A stretch of 62,748 nucleotides of DNA, filler included, from Syncephalis fuscata S228 (Eukaryota > Fungi > Zoopagomycota), in the NCBI GenBank assembly GCA_025786725.1. It is 4 parts of 4 records of this genome, joined end to end, with 100 filler letters (N's around TTAATTAATTAA, not from the genome) between each part and the next. Parts side by side here need not be neighbours in the genome. Positions count along the whole stretch, not along the records: positions 22,198 to 45,329 come from JAHLTZ010000138.1; 3 more parts are not named here. The stretch is one strand, 5' to 3'. The first letter of the stretch is position 1. Every line of letters starts with the position of its first letter. The notes under the pieces are model-generated. The model was not told the origin of the DNA, did no database searches, and worked only from the letters and a program-made list of their open reading frames with translations. Shown here in pieces: positions 23,493 to 36,697 of this stretch. Made by a program: the position numbers and the translations under genes.

Positions 23493-24485
23493 CTAACAAT
23501 GGCCACGGCCTCCTCTTCTACCTCCCATACCTCTTCCACGTCCTCTACCACCCCATGACCCTTCTGGTCTTCCATGATGAAGTGAAAAGCCACCATTAAC
23601 ATTTTCATCATCAGAATGCATATTGTCACTCATATGCATATGGGAAGGACCATGGGTGGGGAAATGATGATGGCCATGCGCATGGCCGGGGAAGTGGTGA
23701 TGATCATGACCAAAGAAATGATGATGACCATGAGCATGGCCAGGGAAGTGGCCACGACCACGACCACGATGATGGTGGTGATGGCCATGGAAATTAAATG
23801 GATGATGGCCATGGAAATGACCAAATGGTGGGTGTGGTGCAAATGGTGGATAAAAAGCACCACCACCAGGTCCACAAATCTCTTCATAATTTTGTAGATG
23901 TTCTGCTAGTTTTTTGTGCCATTTGTGGCGCTGTTGTTCTTGTTCTTGTTCATTTGTCTCAGTTTGTTCATTTTGACCTTTACCTTCAAAATCATTTTGA
24001 TTATTCTCAGTATTCGTAATCAAAAAAAACTCTGAACTCTGTTGACCCTTTTTACCTGATTCTTTATCCTGCGATACATAGCAATCGCTGTAGTCATCTT
24101 GAGCAGAATGACCATTATCATTACCGTGCTGGTTTGCTCCATTAAATTGAGTAAATACATTGTAGGCATGCCATGGATAATGCCATGGATATTGACAACG
24201 CCTATCATACGTATGAGCTTTTCCGCTCTTATTACCAACTACAAAATAAAGCTTTTCGTCTTCGTATAAACGCTGCATAATTCTACGCAGCTCTGATTCA
24301 GAATCAAGTACTATTATAATATTATCACTATCTTTGTACGATAGTTGAATATCTTTAGTAGCACCAGCCTCAGGAAACACTTGTAGAATCTTATTGACCA
24401 AATCAATCCAGTTTATTTCGTAGTCAATGTAGAGCAGTCGTCCGGTTGCTCCGTACATAACCTTGAATGGGACCTCGCAGACCAT
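23493..24485 (-). CDS. PB1-like domain protein with His/Gly-rich repeats and RGG tail
   Basis: FKVMYG...DIQLSYKDSDNIIIVLDSESEL; repeated GHHHF-type units; GGRGRGRGMGGRRGGRG at the C-terminus. Confidence 0.75.
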   Translation of the reverse strand: MVCEVPFKVMYGATGRLLYIDYEINWIDLVNKILQVFPEAGATKDIQLSYKDSDNIIIVLDSESELRRIMQRLYEDEKLYFVVGNKSGKAHTYDRRCQYPWHYPWHAYNVFTQFNGANQHGNDNGHSAQDDYSDCYVSQDKESGKKGQQSSEFFLITNTENNQNDFEGKGQNEQTETNEQEQEQQRHKWHKKLAEHLQNYEEICGPGGGAFYPPFAPHPPFGHFHGHHPFNFHGHHHHHRGRGRGHFPGHAHGHHHFFGHDHHHFPGHAHGHHHFPTHGPSHMHMSDNMHSDDENVNGGFSLHHGRPEGSWGGRGRGRGMGGRRGGRGHC

Positions 24486-26011
24486 GTTGCAGAAAGTAAA
24501 AGTTGAAGAAAATAAAAAAGTGGAGTAGTGAGTATAATGCTTTTTAGTTCCAGCTATGGTTGGTATGTATTTATACTAATAAGCAAGACATTAGATAGCA
24601 GCGACACGGATAAATAAGCTCCATTATGTCCGTGTGACTCAGTTATATTCAAATTGGAACAAGAATATAATTCGGTATTACTATATTTAGATTTGTGTCT
24701 TGTGTTGCATTTTTATTGTGCATACAATACAGAAATATTATTGATGTGAATAAGCATTGCGTATTGTACGTATCGTATGTACCTGAATTACCACACCGTA
24801 TTTAATTAACAAAGTATTAAATTGCTGTTGCTATAACTAGCTTTAATTCTTGATTATAAAATAAGTTGCTACTATTAACATGGAAGGTTATTGTAGAATC
24901 AATAACGAATCGACTTGACTGCATTACTGTAAATGAAATGCTTGTCTGCATGACTCATTTATATTCATATTGAAGCACAAACATCACTTGGTATAGCTAT
25001 ATTTAGATATACGTCTTGTATATTTTATTACGAATACAACACAAAACAGTAAATGCCATCGGAATTTGAATCTTTGCCTGATTGAAATTCCCATCACACA
25101 TCCGGTCAATCGGTGATAATAAACCGAGCAGATGTCTGATCATAGAAATAATTATATGAGCAATGACAATGTAAATCGATATGGCTATAGTAATCAGAAA
25201 CACTAGCGCTATTATTATTATTATTATTGTTGTTGTTATATTTATTGAGCAACTATTATATATTATTACTTTGTTAACTAGATGAATCTTATATTACATT
25301 CAATTAATACTTTTTATTCACTTATGAGAATAATTTTATTGCTAAGGTTACGCTGATGTACTCAAAAATTATGGCTTTGACGACAGGTGAGAAAAGACGT
25401 TACTTATCACATGGATATGAAGCAATGGCACTAAATTAATTAACAAGCTGTTAAATTAGTGTTAAAATAACGGTACTGTAATAAATAAATAAAAGATTGA
25501 ATAATTGCTATAATAATTAACTTTACTATTTAATAAATCGATTGCAGCTAATACCACGGAACTGTTTGTAAAATTAACGATAGACCAACATTTCAACACA
25601 ATTAGCCTAAATGTATCGTAATAAATAGACGTTAACTGTTGTAGACTGAGTTTTAAGTTAATTCGATAACTGGTTTTTTTTTCATATTATTTCAACACAA
25701 TTAACAAGTTTATTAATTACTAAATTGTAGTGTTATTTTCTAAACTGTACCAATTGGTTGGTTATAGTAACTAATTACATTAAAGCATAAATATTCAATC
25801 ATATTATTTGTAATGAATAGTGTGTATTGTAAGTAATGTAAAATAAAAAAGACGCAGCATTAGCGCAATGATTTAGTAATAAATTATGCGCTTCAAGGTA
25901 AAACAAACTAAAGTACAGCAACGCAGCCATGTAACTATGCAACTAGAATCAACCAACCATGTCTATTCAACAAAACTAGAATTGATGTCTAGATTATAAT
26001 GCAAAATATCA

Positions 26012-27013
26012 CTATAATGGCGAATTATCTCGTCTAAAGCGCACCTTTTTAGTTGTCGGTGGGCGATGGCCATGGTGTTGCTGCTGGTGGTGTTGATGTT
26101 GATGTGATTCTTGCTGTTGCTGTTGTTGTTGTAAATGATGCTGTTGCTGTTGTTGGTGCTGCTGATGCTGTCCATACTGACTATTATTATTAATAGAAAT
26201 TTGTGGTGGTGGTAAGTTAATTGCATTATTGTTATGTCCATGAAGATTAAACATATTTCCTGTATGTGCTGTGCCATTATTGGCCGGGTTGTAAGTTGTC
26301 GAATTGAGCGATGACATTGAATTTGACAATGGCCCAGTATGACTTTCAAAATCGGACATATCTACGTCGCGGCCAAGAAAGCTCATTTCATTTGGTGGAT
26401 GACGGCGTTTAAACGGCACAGTCATTGTGGATGGTGTACCGTTATTGACAAGTATTGAAGCGTGATTTGATGTTAACGTTGTGCCAGCAGTGGCAGTGGA
26501 AGCCAGAGGTGGTGGGACAAATTGGAATGGATGTGTTGTTGTATCTACGCCACCAAATATGACACCACCCAATGACGCATGATTAGTGGAGTTTAGTGTG
26601 CCATGAGCATTCTGTACGTTCACTGGATGGCCATTAGTACTGACCGAGGAGGAAGCCACATCATTATTAGTAGTAGCAGAGGCAGTAGCAGATGGTGGTG
26701 GTGGTGACTTTTCCGTCTCTACCATAAGCTCTGCATGCTTAGCCTGGGCATAATTAACAAGATCATCGGCTGGGATGGATGCGGCGCCCAAGCCTACTTC
26801 ACGCTGCTGTACGTGAGGATGTCCTGCTAAAAAATCCAAAAGATCCTGTAGACATTGTTCGTAGCCTTGTCGATAGGCAAATCGTTGTGTACGTTGTGCA
26901 TCTTTATAAAGCTGCGTGACCGAACGAGCTGCAGTACGAAACGACGAGAGCAATGACTGCTCCAATGACGCCAGTTCGCTCTGGTTCCGATCAAGATCCT
27001 GGCCTGGCTCCAT
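26012..27013 (-). CDS. HAPSTR1/C16orf72/YJR056C-like protein
   Basis: LLSSFRTAARSVTQLYKDA...GYEQCLQDLLDFL N-terminal motif, Q/H-rich tract and C-terminal basic NLS-like KKVRFRR. Confidence 0.65.
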   Translation of the reverse strand: MEPGQDLDRNQSELASLEQSLLSSFRTAARSVTQLYKDAQRTQRFAYRQGYEQCLQDLLDFLAGHPHVQQREVGLGAASIPADDLVNYAQAKHAELMVETEKSPPPPSATASATTNNDVASSSVSTNGHPVNVQNAHGTLNSTNHASLGGVIFGGVDTTTHPFQFVPPPLASTATAGTTLTSNHASILVNNGTPSTMTVPFKRRHPPNEMSFLGRDVDMSDFESHTGPLSNSMSSLNSTTYNPANNGTAHTGNMFNLHGHNNNAINLPPPQISINNNSQYGQHQQHQQQQQHHLQQQQQQQESHQHQHHQQQHHGHRPPTTKKVRFRRDNSPL

Positions 27014-28716
27014 GATCAAGAACTATAATAGGTGGTGGTGGTGGTGATAAACGTAAAAGTACCAAACTACCAATGCCAGTGATCCTTTCTAGCTCTTAAA
27101 ATAACAGGTTAGGCCAATTGATAAGCGATAGTAGAAGGAGGACGAGAAGAAAATAAGAGCGAGAAATACGCAGGTACAGGCCCTAGATGAGTGGCTATGG
27201 TAAAGAGTGACAACTAGTTAAGATGAAGAGAGAGAGAGAGGAAGCTGCTGTTGTGCTGTTGCTATTGTTGGGTGAGAGTAGTGTTGTGTAGTGCTATGCA
27301 GCTCAGTCTTAAAGTAAGGGGCTGATAACAAGAAAGAAAGAAAAACTTTTACATTAATAGATAGTTAACATTAACGATTTACGACCAGTATTGAAATATG
27401 GCAATGATAGAGTGAAATTTGCTTTGTTTTTGCAGTGTCGATAGAGGAAAGTGTCAACTGAGTTGTTGTTATATTGAGAGTGGCAAAGAGAGAGAAAATG
27501 AGAAAGTAAGATTTGGTTTTATTGTACTTTGACTCGCACATCTGTCCCCAAAGTAAAATTCGTTCCAGAGTCATGTCGTTATGCACAACATAGTTATATT
27601 ACTTCCTATTAAGATGTTGTTAATAAATTGATTTCAATAAACAATGTAACATATTATTGCTTTCTTTGCAACATCTGAGGCTGATTGTTGTTGTTGTTGG
27701 TCATGCGTAGAAAGATTGATTGAATATTAATAGAAGCCATATGATTGCGATTCCATATCGTTCTTCATCACTTCTGTTGCTTGTTTGTCATACTGTACAT
27801 CAAACTGTTATGTGATCTATTTGTTTTCTATCTTGTTTCCGTTTACTTGAACCACATTTGCATATTGTAATAATTATATTTAATAATTGCAATTATTTTA
27901 TTCTTTTTATACTTGTAGACCATTTCAACAAAGATATTTAACAATTCAGTGTAAAAAGCCTTTTATTTTATTGAATTGTATTTCAACTTCAACTAATACC
28001 GTAATGTGCATATTTAATTGCATTATTGTATTGATAATTACACATGAATGGATTAATGTTGGATGTAATATTATACATGGTATAGTAATGAATGAATGTT
28101 TAATGGTATTTAAAAGTGTTGAGGTGTGAAATGGATAAATAAAAATGTAAAAGTCAGTGAAGTAGCTTCATTTATTTAATTAACACTTCTTACTTTAATA
28201 AGATCATAAAAATTATGTATGCATGGTCACAAATGTACTAGTTGCATAGATAGATTACACGATTTATTAAACACTATTTTATAGTGATGTCCATCATGGT
28301 TATCATTGCATTGCCATAAAGTTAATAGATTGATTTAAACTCTAGTTCTCTGTATTACTTGACAACCATTGTATTTGATGGATAAAATAAAAAACGGCTA
28401 TACCAATATCCGTTATTATTAACCGTAATAGCAGCAAATAATGGTTGTAATTGAGGGTGTGTTACTTGAATGCCATTCTACATATCATATGCACCACTAA
28501 GTAACAAAAGTGTAGGCTACATAGCCTAACATCCGATCTACATAGTTACATGGTTTCTTTTAGTGCATTATTTCTTTTAATCGAATTTTTACTATTATTC
28601 TACATAACGTATGTATACACACTGCACACCAGTATTTACACTTTTATAGCCTTTGTAAAAAGACTATAAGCAATACTGATTACAGCATTCAGACTTGGAG
28701 CACTTGTACCAGTAAC

Positions 28717-31372
28717 ATGCAATTAGAAAATAACAATTTGCTAATTATGAATAGCCCTAACGGTGGCGTCGATCCTGATGACCAAAAGACAGTGCCTCAA
28801 CTGCTTAATGACGTTGAATTCAGTACAGTACTTGATAACTTGCTAACGAGTGGTCCACCGCCATCGAGTAATATCGTATTTCCTTATCTTCATGGTGCTG
28901 GCCGATATCTTGAAAAAGACCCACAACCGCGTCCACTATTACTGGTCTATATTGGTGCATTGCCTTCGCCGCAGTCTTGCTCGTCAGCCACCTCGTCGGC
29001 CGATGATAGCCATAGTGTGGATCTATTAAAAGATTTAAATATAGAAATGAGTGGTACCAACGCTAAATTATGGTCATCAACACCGTCTAACAATAACGAT
29101 ATGGACACCAGTGATTCAAATGCCCTTACACCTTCCGCAAAGAATGGCCCATTATTCCTTAATACAGCGCTGGCCGATCAAGTACTTGGTTATCGAGAAA
29201 AACGCGGCTGGCACTTTCGAACTATATTGCCTTTCTTCCAGCACCAATCTAGACATTTTGGCGGCCAAACAGCTCTATGGGCCTCCTTATCCGATATTGT
29301 TATCTATGGCAGCGATCAGCTTGATCCAAATAGCATGATTAGTCGTAGTAAACCTTATAACACAGCAACTAATATAGACGATTCGCGCGATTTTGTAGCC
29401 AACTGCATTATTGAAGCTCAAAAGGAATTCACAAGTAAAATGCGTATTGCCATTCCTGATTGGGAAATGCGAAAGACGTTTATCTATAAAGGTAGGTTTA
29501 AACAATGCAATAATAATTAATAGTAACAAAAAGACAAAATAACAATATCCATGGTAATTATTAAATATTAGGTGAAACAATGCAATGGGCACAACAATAT
29601 AAAGAATTGATCACTGTAAATAATAATGGCAAAATATCTCCACTATATGACATGTCTAAACGGGAAACCATGTCGATGTATGAACTTGCTGCACCTGTTG
29701 AAATCTCACCTGGAATATGGGTAAATATTAATATAACTTACGCTATTTAAAGACTTACAAAATGTAGTTTGGACATGATGATCGTAGTATTAATGCTAAA
29801 ACCGATTGTTTGCCTACTGGTAAAGGGAATTATTCTATTTACGGCATAGAGAAGAAGAAAGAAAAAACGCCTAGTTCCCGCAGTTCATCAAAGTCGTCAA
29901 GCGACGATATAAGCACGCCTACTGATATGGAAACTATTACAACTATTATTGATCCTATTCAACTATCACCACCTTCTAAACGACCAATTCAACCCAGCTG
30001 TCCACCTAGTGTACATAATAGCTCTAACGGTCGTGATACTAACAGTTCTAATTCTCATAGTAAAAGTCAAAGCCAGAGTAGTGACGGTAGCAGTAGTAGT
30101 AATAATAGTGAAGGCGATGATAAAACTTATAATAGCTTTTTCCACCATATTATACGTATACGACCAACAGCTTTTCCAGCTGTACGTGCCGATCTAGAAG
30201 AACATTTAACACAACAAGCCAATCATACAATAGACAAAACGATCACTCAATACAATCCATCGGTATTATATGTTACACCATGGAATCCACAGCACAGTGC
30301 TACTATGATCACACAGCTACGTGATTTAGTATGGTATATTACGCGATTAATAGCCAATAATAGCTGTAAAACTAACCACAACAATGATACTTGTGACTCT
30401 TGTTTGCCACAACAACAACAACAAGTTCTATTGTATTATGACTTTACTGATGATTCGTTTCTTTATATGTCGTCATTGGCTCTGGCTTATTGTATACAAC
30501 GACATCGATTAAGCCTTGCCGCGGCATGTTTACGTGTGAATGCTGCAAGCCATGTGTATCTTGGCTCTTTTTGCGATGTACTACAAGATTTTGAAGACGA
30601 GACCTGGCTACACTTTGAAGTAGAAAGGGAAACGAAAGAGGTGGCCAAGAAAAACAACCATATATATATGGAACAGGAAGAAGAGAATAATCAAAAGAAA
30701 GAATCTTTAATGCCAATAAGTACAAGTTGGTTCTTTTCACGTGAATTTGAAGGCGAGTGTAGCTGTTAATTAACTGGTATGATTAAAATGATTAACACTT
30801 TATTATATTTAGGTAATTTCCCTTCTCGTATATTGCCTCATTTATTATTAGGAGATATTGCCGTCGCCAATAATATTGGTTTATTACGAGCACTTGGTGT
30901 TACACATATCCTTAGTGTTGGCATTCGACCTAATCACACTGATAGAGCATTAAAGTTTAAATATATTGATAACATAGAAGATGATGGCTACGGTGATCTA
31001 TTAAACTGTTTTAATGATTGTAATGCGTTTATCGGTAAGTAATACGCTATTAAATTAAGTATAATGCTAATTGTTTAATTTGTAATGACGATAGATGAAG
31101 CACATGCTAACAATGGACGTGTACTTGTTCATTGTCAAGTAGGCACTTCTCGATCAGCAACGGTAGCTATCGCCTATGTTATACACCATCAAAACATTTC
31201 ATTATTGGATGCCTATTTTGTTGTGCGGGCCCGTAGATTACTTTTGATTATTCAGCCTAATCTACGATTAATGTACAATTTATTAGAATACGAATGGCAA
31301 CAACGACATTCAATATCGCTGCCGTGGGTTGATTTGTCGCGAGGTATTTCACTGCTTAACCGTGCTTGTTAG
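28717..31372 (+). CDS. Pps1-like dual-specificity protein phosphatase
   Basis: VFPYLHG, FPSRILPHLLLG, VLVHCQVGTSRSAT (CX5R) and VRARRLLLIIQPNLRLMY; about 4 introns. Confidence 0.85.
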
Positions 31373-31654
31373 ACTAGAAATACGGCATTTTCTGTATTAT
31401 AAGCATATTTTTTAATAAATTAACATAGTTAATATTTTGTGTTATGGTGTACGGCTGCTGCTGCTATCACCGAATCTGTTGGTTAATGTGTTTCAAAATA
31501 AGACATAGGACGTTTAAGACATGATCCACTGTGAATAGAAATGACTTGGATACCACCAATTAACCATCCTATTTATTCATTCATTCATTTTATTATCTGC
31601 ACCGTAGTGATTAAGCTACAACGATTGTCTATTACTTGCACTAGTGTATACAAA

Positions 31655-34216
31655 ATGAATGCCGAAACACTTATCCAAGCAGTTGCTGGTGCAAATAAAT
31701 CAGCTAAAGATAATAAATATCCATCTAATCACTTGACTCGAGGTAATGTACGAGTCGATGGTTATTTACCTATTGAAGAGTATGGTGTAATTGGTAATAT
31801 GCGTACGGCTGCACTATGTGGTCGAGATGGCTCAATTGATCTATTTTGCTATCCGGATTTTGATAGTCCATCAGTATTCTGTCGATTATTGGATGCCAAA
31901 AAAGGCGGCCACTTTTCTGTAGCGCCTTGCCAGCCATCGACATGTAAACAGCAGGTAAATTAATGTTTAATATGCATAATCGAATATAATAGTAATTTGA
32001 TATTTATCCAGTATCTATTGAATACAAATATGCTTGTAACACGCTTTCTACGTAAGGAGGGTGTTTGCCAAGTTATTGACTACATGCCACGTCCATCAAA
32101 GAAATCCCAGCCCAAGACGCTTTATCCATGGCTTGTGCGTCATATTGAAATGACTCGAGGAGAAATGACACTATGTATTGAGTGTGCACCAGCGTTTAAT
32201 TACGCTCGTAGCACCCATAAAACAAGTCTAGTGCCCGACGATAATACAGCCGATCGTGAACCAATAGACACATACGACCATGTGCGTCGTAAAACAATAA
32301 TAAACGATAAAAAGATTCTTTTTAGCTCAGAGGAATTAAATTTGGATTTACGTTGGATTATACGTTCAGATGAAGATGGACGACAGCCTGATGTGCAATG
32401 GCAATTGATTGAACCAAATGGTGATGACGATGGACTTTTAGGACCAAAAGCCTATACCGAAGTAACACTAAGCGAAGGTCAACAACTGATTTTAATTTTA
32501 CGGGAACCAGTGCAAAAATCACTTTGCTGCCCAAGTCCAAATTACCAAGAAACGAAACGTATGTGTACAACAACACAATGTGTTACACTCGACCCGCCAC
32601 TTTCGGCTGCACTTGTCTATGGGACATTTCATGATACGGCCGATTACTGGCTCGATTGGATTGCCCACTGTAAGTATGCTGGTCGATGGCGTGAGGCAGT
32701 TGAGCGTAGTGCACTTATGCTTAAACTATTGGTCTATGAGCCAGTAAGTAGACTTGATAGATTTGGACGATTTATTACTAACTATTATCATGTGATTACT
32801 ATATATACGCAAATATATCTTTTTTGCCAATAGTCAGGCGCAGTAGTTGCAGCACCGACATTCTCGCTACCCGAAGAGATTGGTGGCACGCGTAATTGGG
32901 ACTATCGTTTTACGTGGATTCGTGATTCATCGTTTGCTATTTACGCACTTATTCGTATTGGTATGCTAACGGAAGCCGAAGCGTATATGGAATTTATCGA
33001 GCATCGCTGCGCAGACGCCAACCCCGATGGTTCATTGCAAATTATGTACGGTATACGTGGCGAAAAGCTACTTACCGAACATACACTTGACCATCTTCAT
33101 GGTTATCGCGGCTCAAAGCCAGTGCGTATTGGCAATGGTGCCTATGACCATTTGCAGCTCGATATCTACGGCGAGTTACTTGATGGTGCCTATCTTTTTA
33201 ATAAGTTTGGCAATCCGATTTCCTATGATATGTGGTGCAATCTACGAAAGCTTGTCAATTACGTATGCGATAATTGGCATCGCGAAGACACAAGCATATG
33301 GGAAGTACGCAATCAAAAACGCCACTTTGTCTACTCAAAAGTGATGTGCTGGGTTGCAGTTGATCGGGGTAAGCTTGTATTTATTACTATAATAGCAATA
33401 GTATTAATTGATATTATTACAATGGCTGCTTTTCAAGGCATTCGATTGTCAGAAAAGCGCGTACTACCATGTCCTGACCGAGAACGTTGGTTAACTACAC
33501 GCGATATGATTTACGAACAGATTCAAACGCAAGGCTATAATAAAGATCTCAAATGCTTTAGCCAGTCGTATGAAGCGCGTGACGTGGTCGATGCCTCTAC
33601 GCTTATTATGCCACTGGTATTCTTTATTTCACCGACGGATCCACGCCTATTAGGTACAATGGACCGTATTATGTTGCCTCCTGAAAAAGGAGGTTTGACG
33701 GCCAATAATCTTGTTTATCGATGCAAGTACCAAATTGGCTGTATTAATTAGTTTGTTAATCCATTAATGATTATTAGATAATGTACTAGCTGCACACGAT
33801 GGTGTTAGTGGCGAAGAAGGATGGTAAGTTGCAGTATACATGTTTTTATTTATTTCATACTAAGTCATAATAATAAACTGCTTATTGCGCTAAAACAGTT
33901 TTACGATGTGTTGCTTCTGGCTTGTTGAAGTAAGTTGCTACTCGATAATTTCACTAGTATTTAAACTAGCCATTTACCTTTCCTCTTTCTCTTCTAGGCA
34001 CTTACCCGAGCTGGCCGATATCGGCACGATCTACTGATGCGGGCCCGTGTTATGTTCCAACAGCTACTCGGATATGCCAATCATCTTACACTCTACGCCG
34101 AAGAGATTGCCCAAGGCGGCGAACAACTAGGCAATTTCCCGCAAGCATTCACACATATCGGTGTTATATCGACCGCGTTCAACTTGGACCGCGCTCTTCA
34201 AGAATCACATTCATAA
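31655..34216 (+). CDS. Glycoside hydrolase family 15 (trehalase/glucoamylase-like)
   Basis: [57 protein letters not shown] and [10 protein letters not shown]; multi-exon. Confidence 0.92.
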
Positions 34217-34723
34217 CATATGTGCCATAATGACAATGTTACTAAATAGTTTAATATCTTACTCATACAATATATATATATATAATATAATGACTATTCC
34301 CTCTCTTTATACACTTGCATTAATATTTCACTATTGCATCACACAGTCATTGATTAAAGGCGCATTGGATAAAGGAGCAGAACTATTTTACTTTGAGCCA
34401 TTTGCTTTTTTAAAAAATAAATGGCATAATAAACAAATAACTTTAAAAAAAGACAAATAGCATGTGTACACAATTATAATGGATTGGGCTTGTTAAAATG
34501 ACGCTATTTATGTATATAGCTAATAGGCCATTGTTTTGCTTTCTGAATGTTTGATGTAACGTTTTTATGTATGTTGACTTATCATCTCTCTCTCTCTCTC
34601 GATCCATCGATCACCTTATTAATTTACCAACCAACAGAATTATTGTCAATATACTTCTTTACTATTTTCATCACTGTAAATTCCACATCATTGTCTACTT
34701 TGTTAGCTTAGCGTTCACACACC

Positions 34724-36459
34724 ATGAATATTAGTGGAAAATCAAACAATGACCTTCAGTTTATTAATTTCAACCAAGATTTTAGGTACGTTTGCTTCTA
34801 CGAAAGACTGGACGAAGGCATGTATTGTAGTACTTTATTAATCATTCTACTACGTCAGCTGTTTGTCAGTAGGAACACGCACTGGCTACAAGATCTACAA
34901 TTGCGACCCTTATGGCAAATGCTACGCTAAAAGTAGGCTCTATGACTCTATTATTACGAAAACTAATCTAGACTGTGCTGTAGATGAAGTTGGTATGGGC
35001 ATTGTAGAAATGCTCTTTTGCACGTCACTTGTAGCACTTGTAGGTGCTGGTGAACAGCCGGGATCGTCTCCTCGTCGACTACAGATTGTTAATACAAAGG
35101 TGACTATTAATATGCTATATTGTTATATTGTTATATTATGTTATTAATACTGCTTATTATGAATAGAGACAATCGACTATTTGTGAACTTACGTTCCCTA
35201 CTACTATTCTAGCGGTGAAGTTAAACCGACGACGTTTAGTCGTGGTATTGGAGGAACAGATCTACGTTTATGATATCAGCAATATGAAACTCATTCATAC
35301 GATAGAAACCACGCCCAATCCTCAAGGTAAGTTGATTGTAACAGGGACATATATTGTCGATATTAATATACATCTCTATCTAATTAGCGGTGTGTGCTTT
35401 ATCGCCGTCAAGCGACAATTGCTATCTTGTGTATCCGGCTCCATCGCCTGCATCGGCTGGATCGCCATTTGTTAATCCATCAGACACGGCACAACATGGC
35501 ACAACAACAACGGGCACTGTATACATCTTTGACACGTTATCACTACAAACGGTCAATACGGCCCAGGCTCACAAGAGTCCGCTAGCCTATGTGGTGACCA
35601 ATGCCGAGGGCACGATGATGGCAACGGCCAGTGATAAGGTAGATACGACATGCTATGATAATCGGTCTATATATCTAACGCTGCTATATGCGAATTGCTT
35701 CTAGGGCACGGTCATTCGTGTATTCTCCCTGCCTGATGGTCAAAAACTGTATCAATTCCGTCGAGGCAGTTATCCAACACGTATTCATTGCATTTCCTTC
35801 AATTTGGTTAGCTCATTGTTATGCGTTTCGAGTGATCATGAAACGGTGCACATATTCAAGCTATCCGATGGCAATAATAACGACGATATTAACGCTACAG
35901 GCAGTATTGGTCGGGCCACTGCTGCTTATGGAGATAACAATAGCACACAAGGTCGTTCATCTGGCGGTGTTAGGTAAGTAAATATTGATTTATTAAACCA
36001 TTTACTAAATATGAATATTACATTAAATGATTGTAGTAAAATGCTACGAGCATCATCGATTAAAAAGGCAGTTGGCAAGAATATGGCCGGTTATCTGCCA
36101 GATGTATTAACGGAGATGTGGGAGCCTGCACGTGATTTTGCTCATTTGAAATTGAAGAGTGCAGGTGTTCAAAGTTTAGTAGCTCTTTCTAGGTAGCTTA
36201 CACTATTTTATTATATATGAATTACTAATTATTATTATTATTATTATTAGCTCGACACCACAAGTTATTGTTGTCACTTCAGAGGGCTATCTCTATTTAT
36301 ACAACATTGATTTGGAACGAGGTGGTGAATGCGTGTTTAACAAGCAACATTGGTAGGCTACAATGGTGTATAATAGTGGTCATATGGGTATTAATATAAT
36401 CTGAACATAGCCTACTTGATCCCAATGAGGATATCACATCTAGCATGATAGGCGAATAG
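34724..36459 (+). CDS. ATG18: Autophagy PROPPIN (WIPI1/2 family)
   Basis: [45 protein letters not shown] lipid-binding motif and [10 protein letters not shown]. Confidence 0.94.
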
Positions 36460-36697
36460 GCGACTAAACAAACGTTATTGTTTATAACAAAGCAACGAAA
36501 GAAGATGGTCGACAAGAATCATAATATCTATTCTACAGTACCGTACACTACTATTCTCATTGTTGAATCCATTTTCATTTATTTTAGTGTGTGCACACGA
36601 TAGTTGGATCTATGATTTATATAATTAATGTTATCTTTTATTTGTCTATATAAGCGGTTGTATTAATGTAAATGTGTTTCCGTACTACAATGGTTTA

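Noticed and set aside
23616-24019. Met-rich plus-strand ORFs
   Set aside because: They are antisense shadows of the His-codon repeats.
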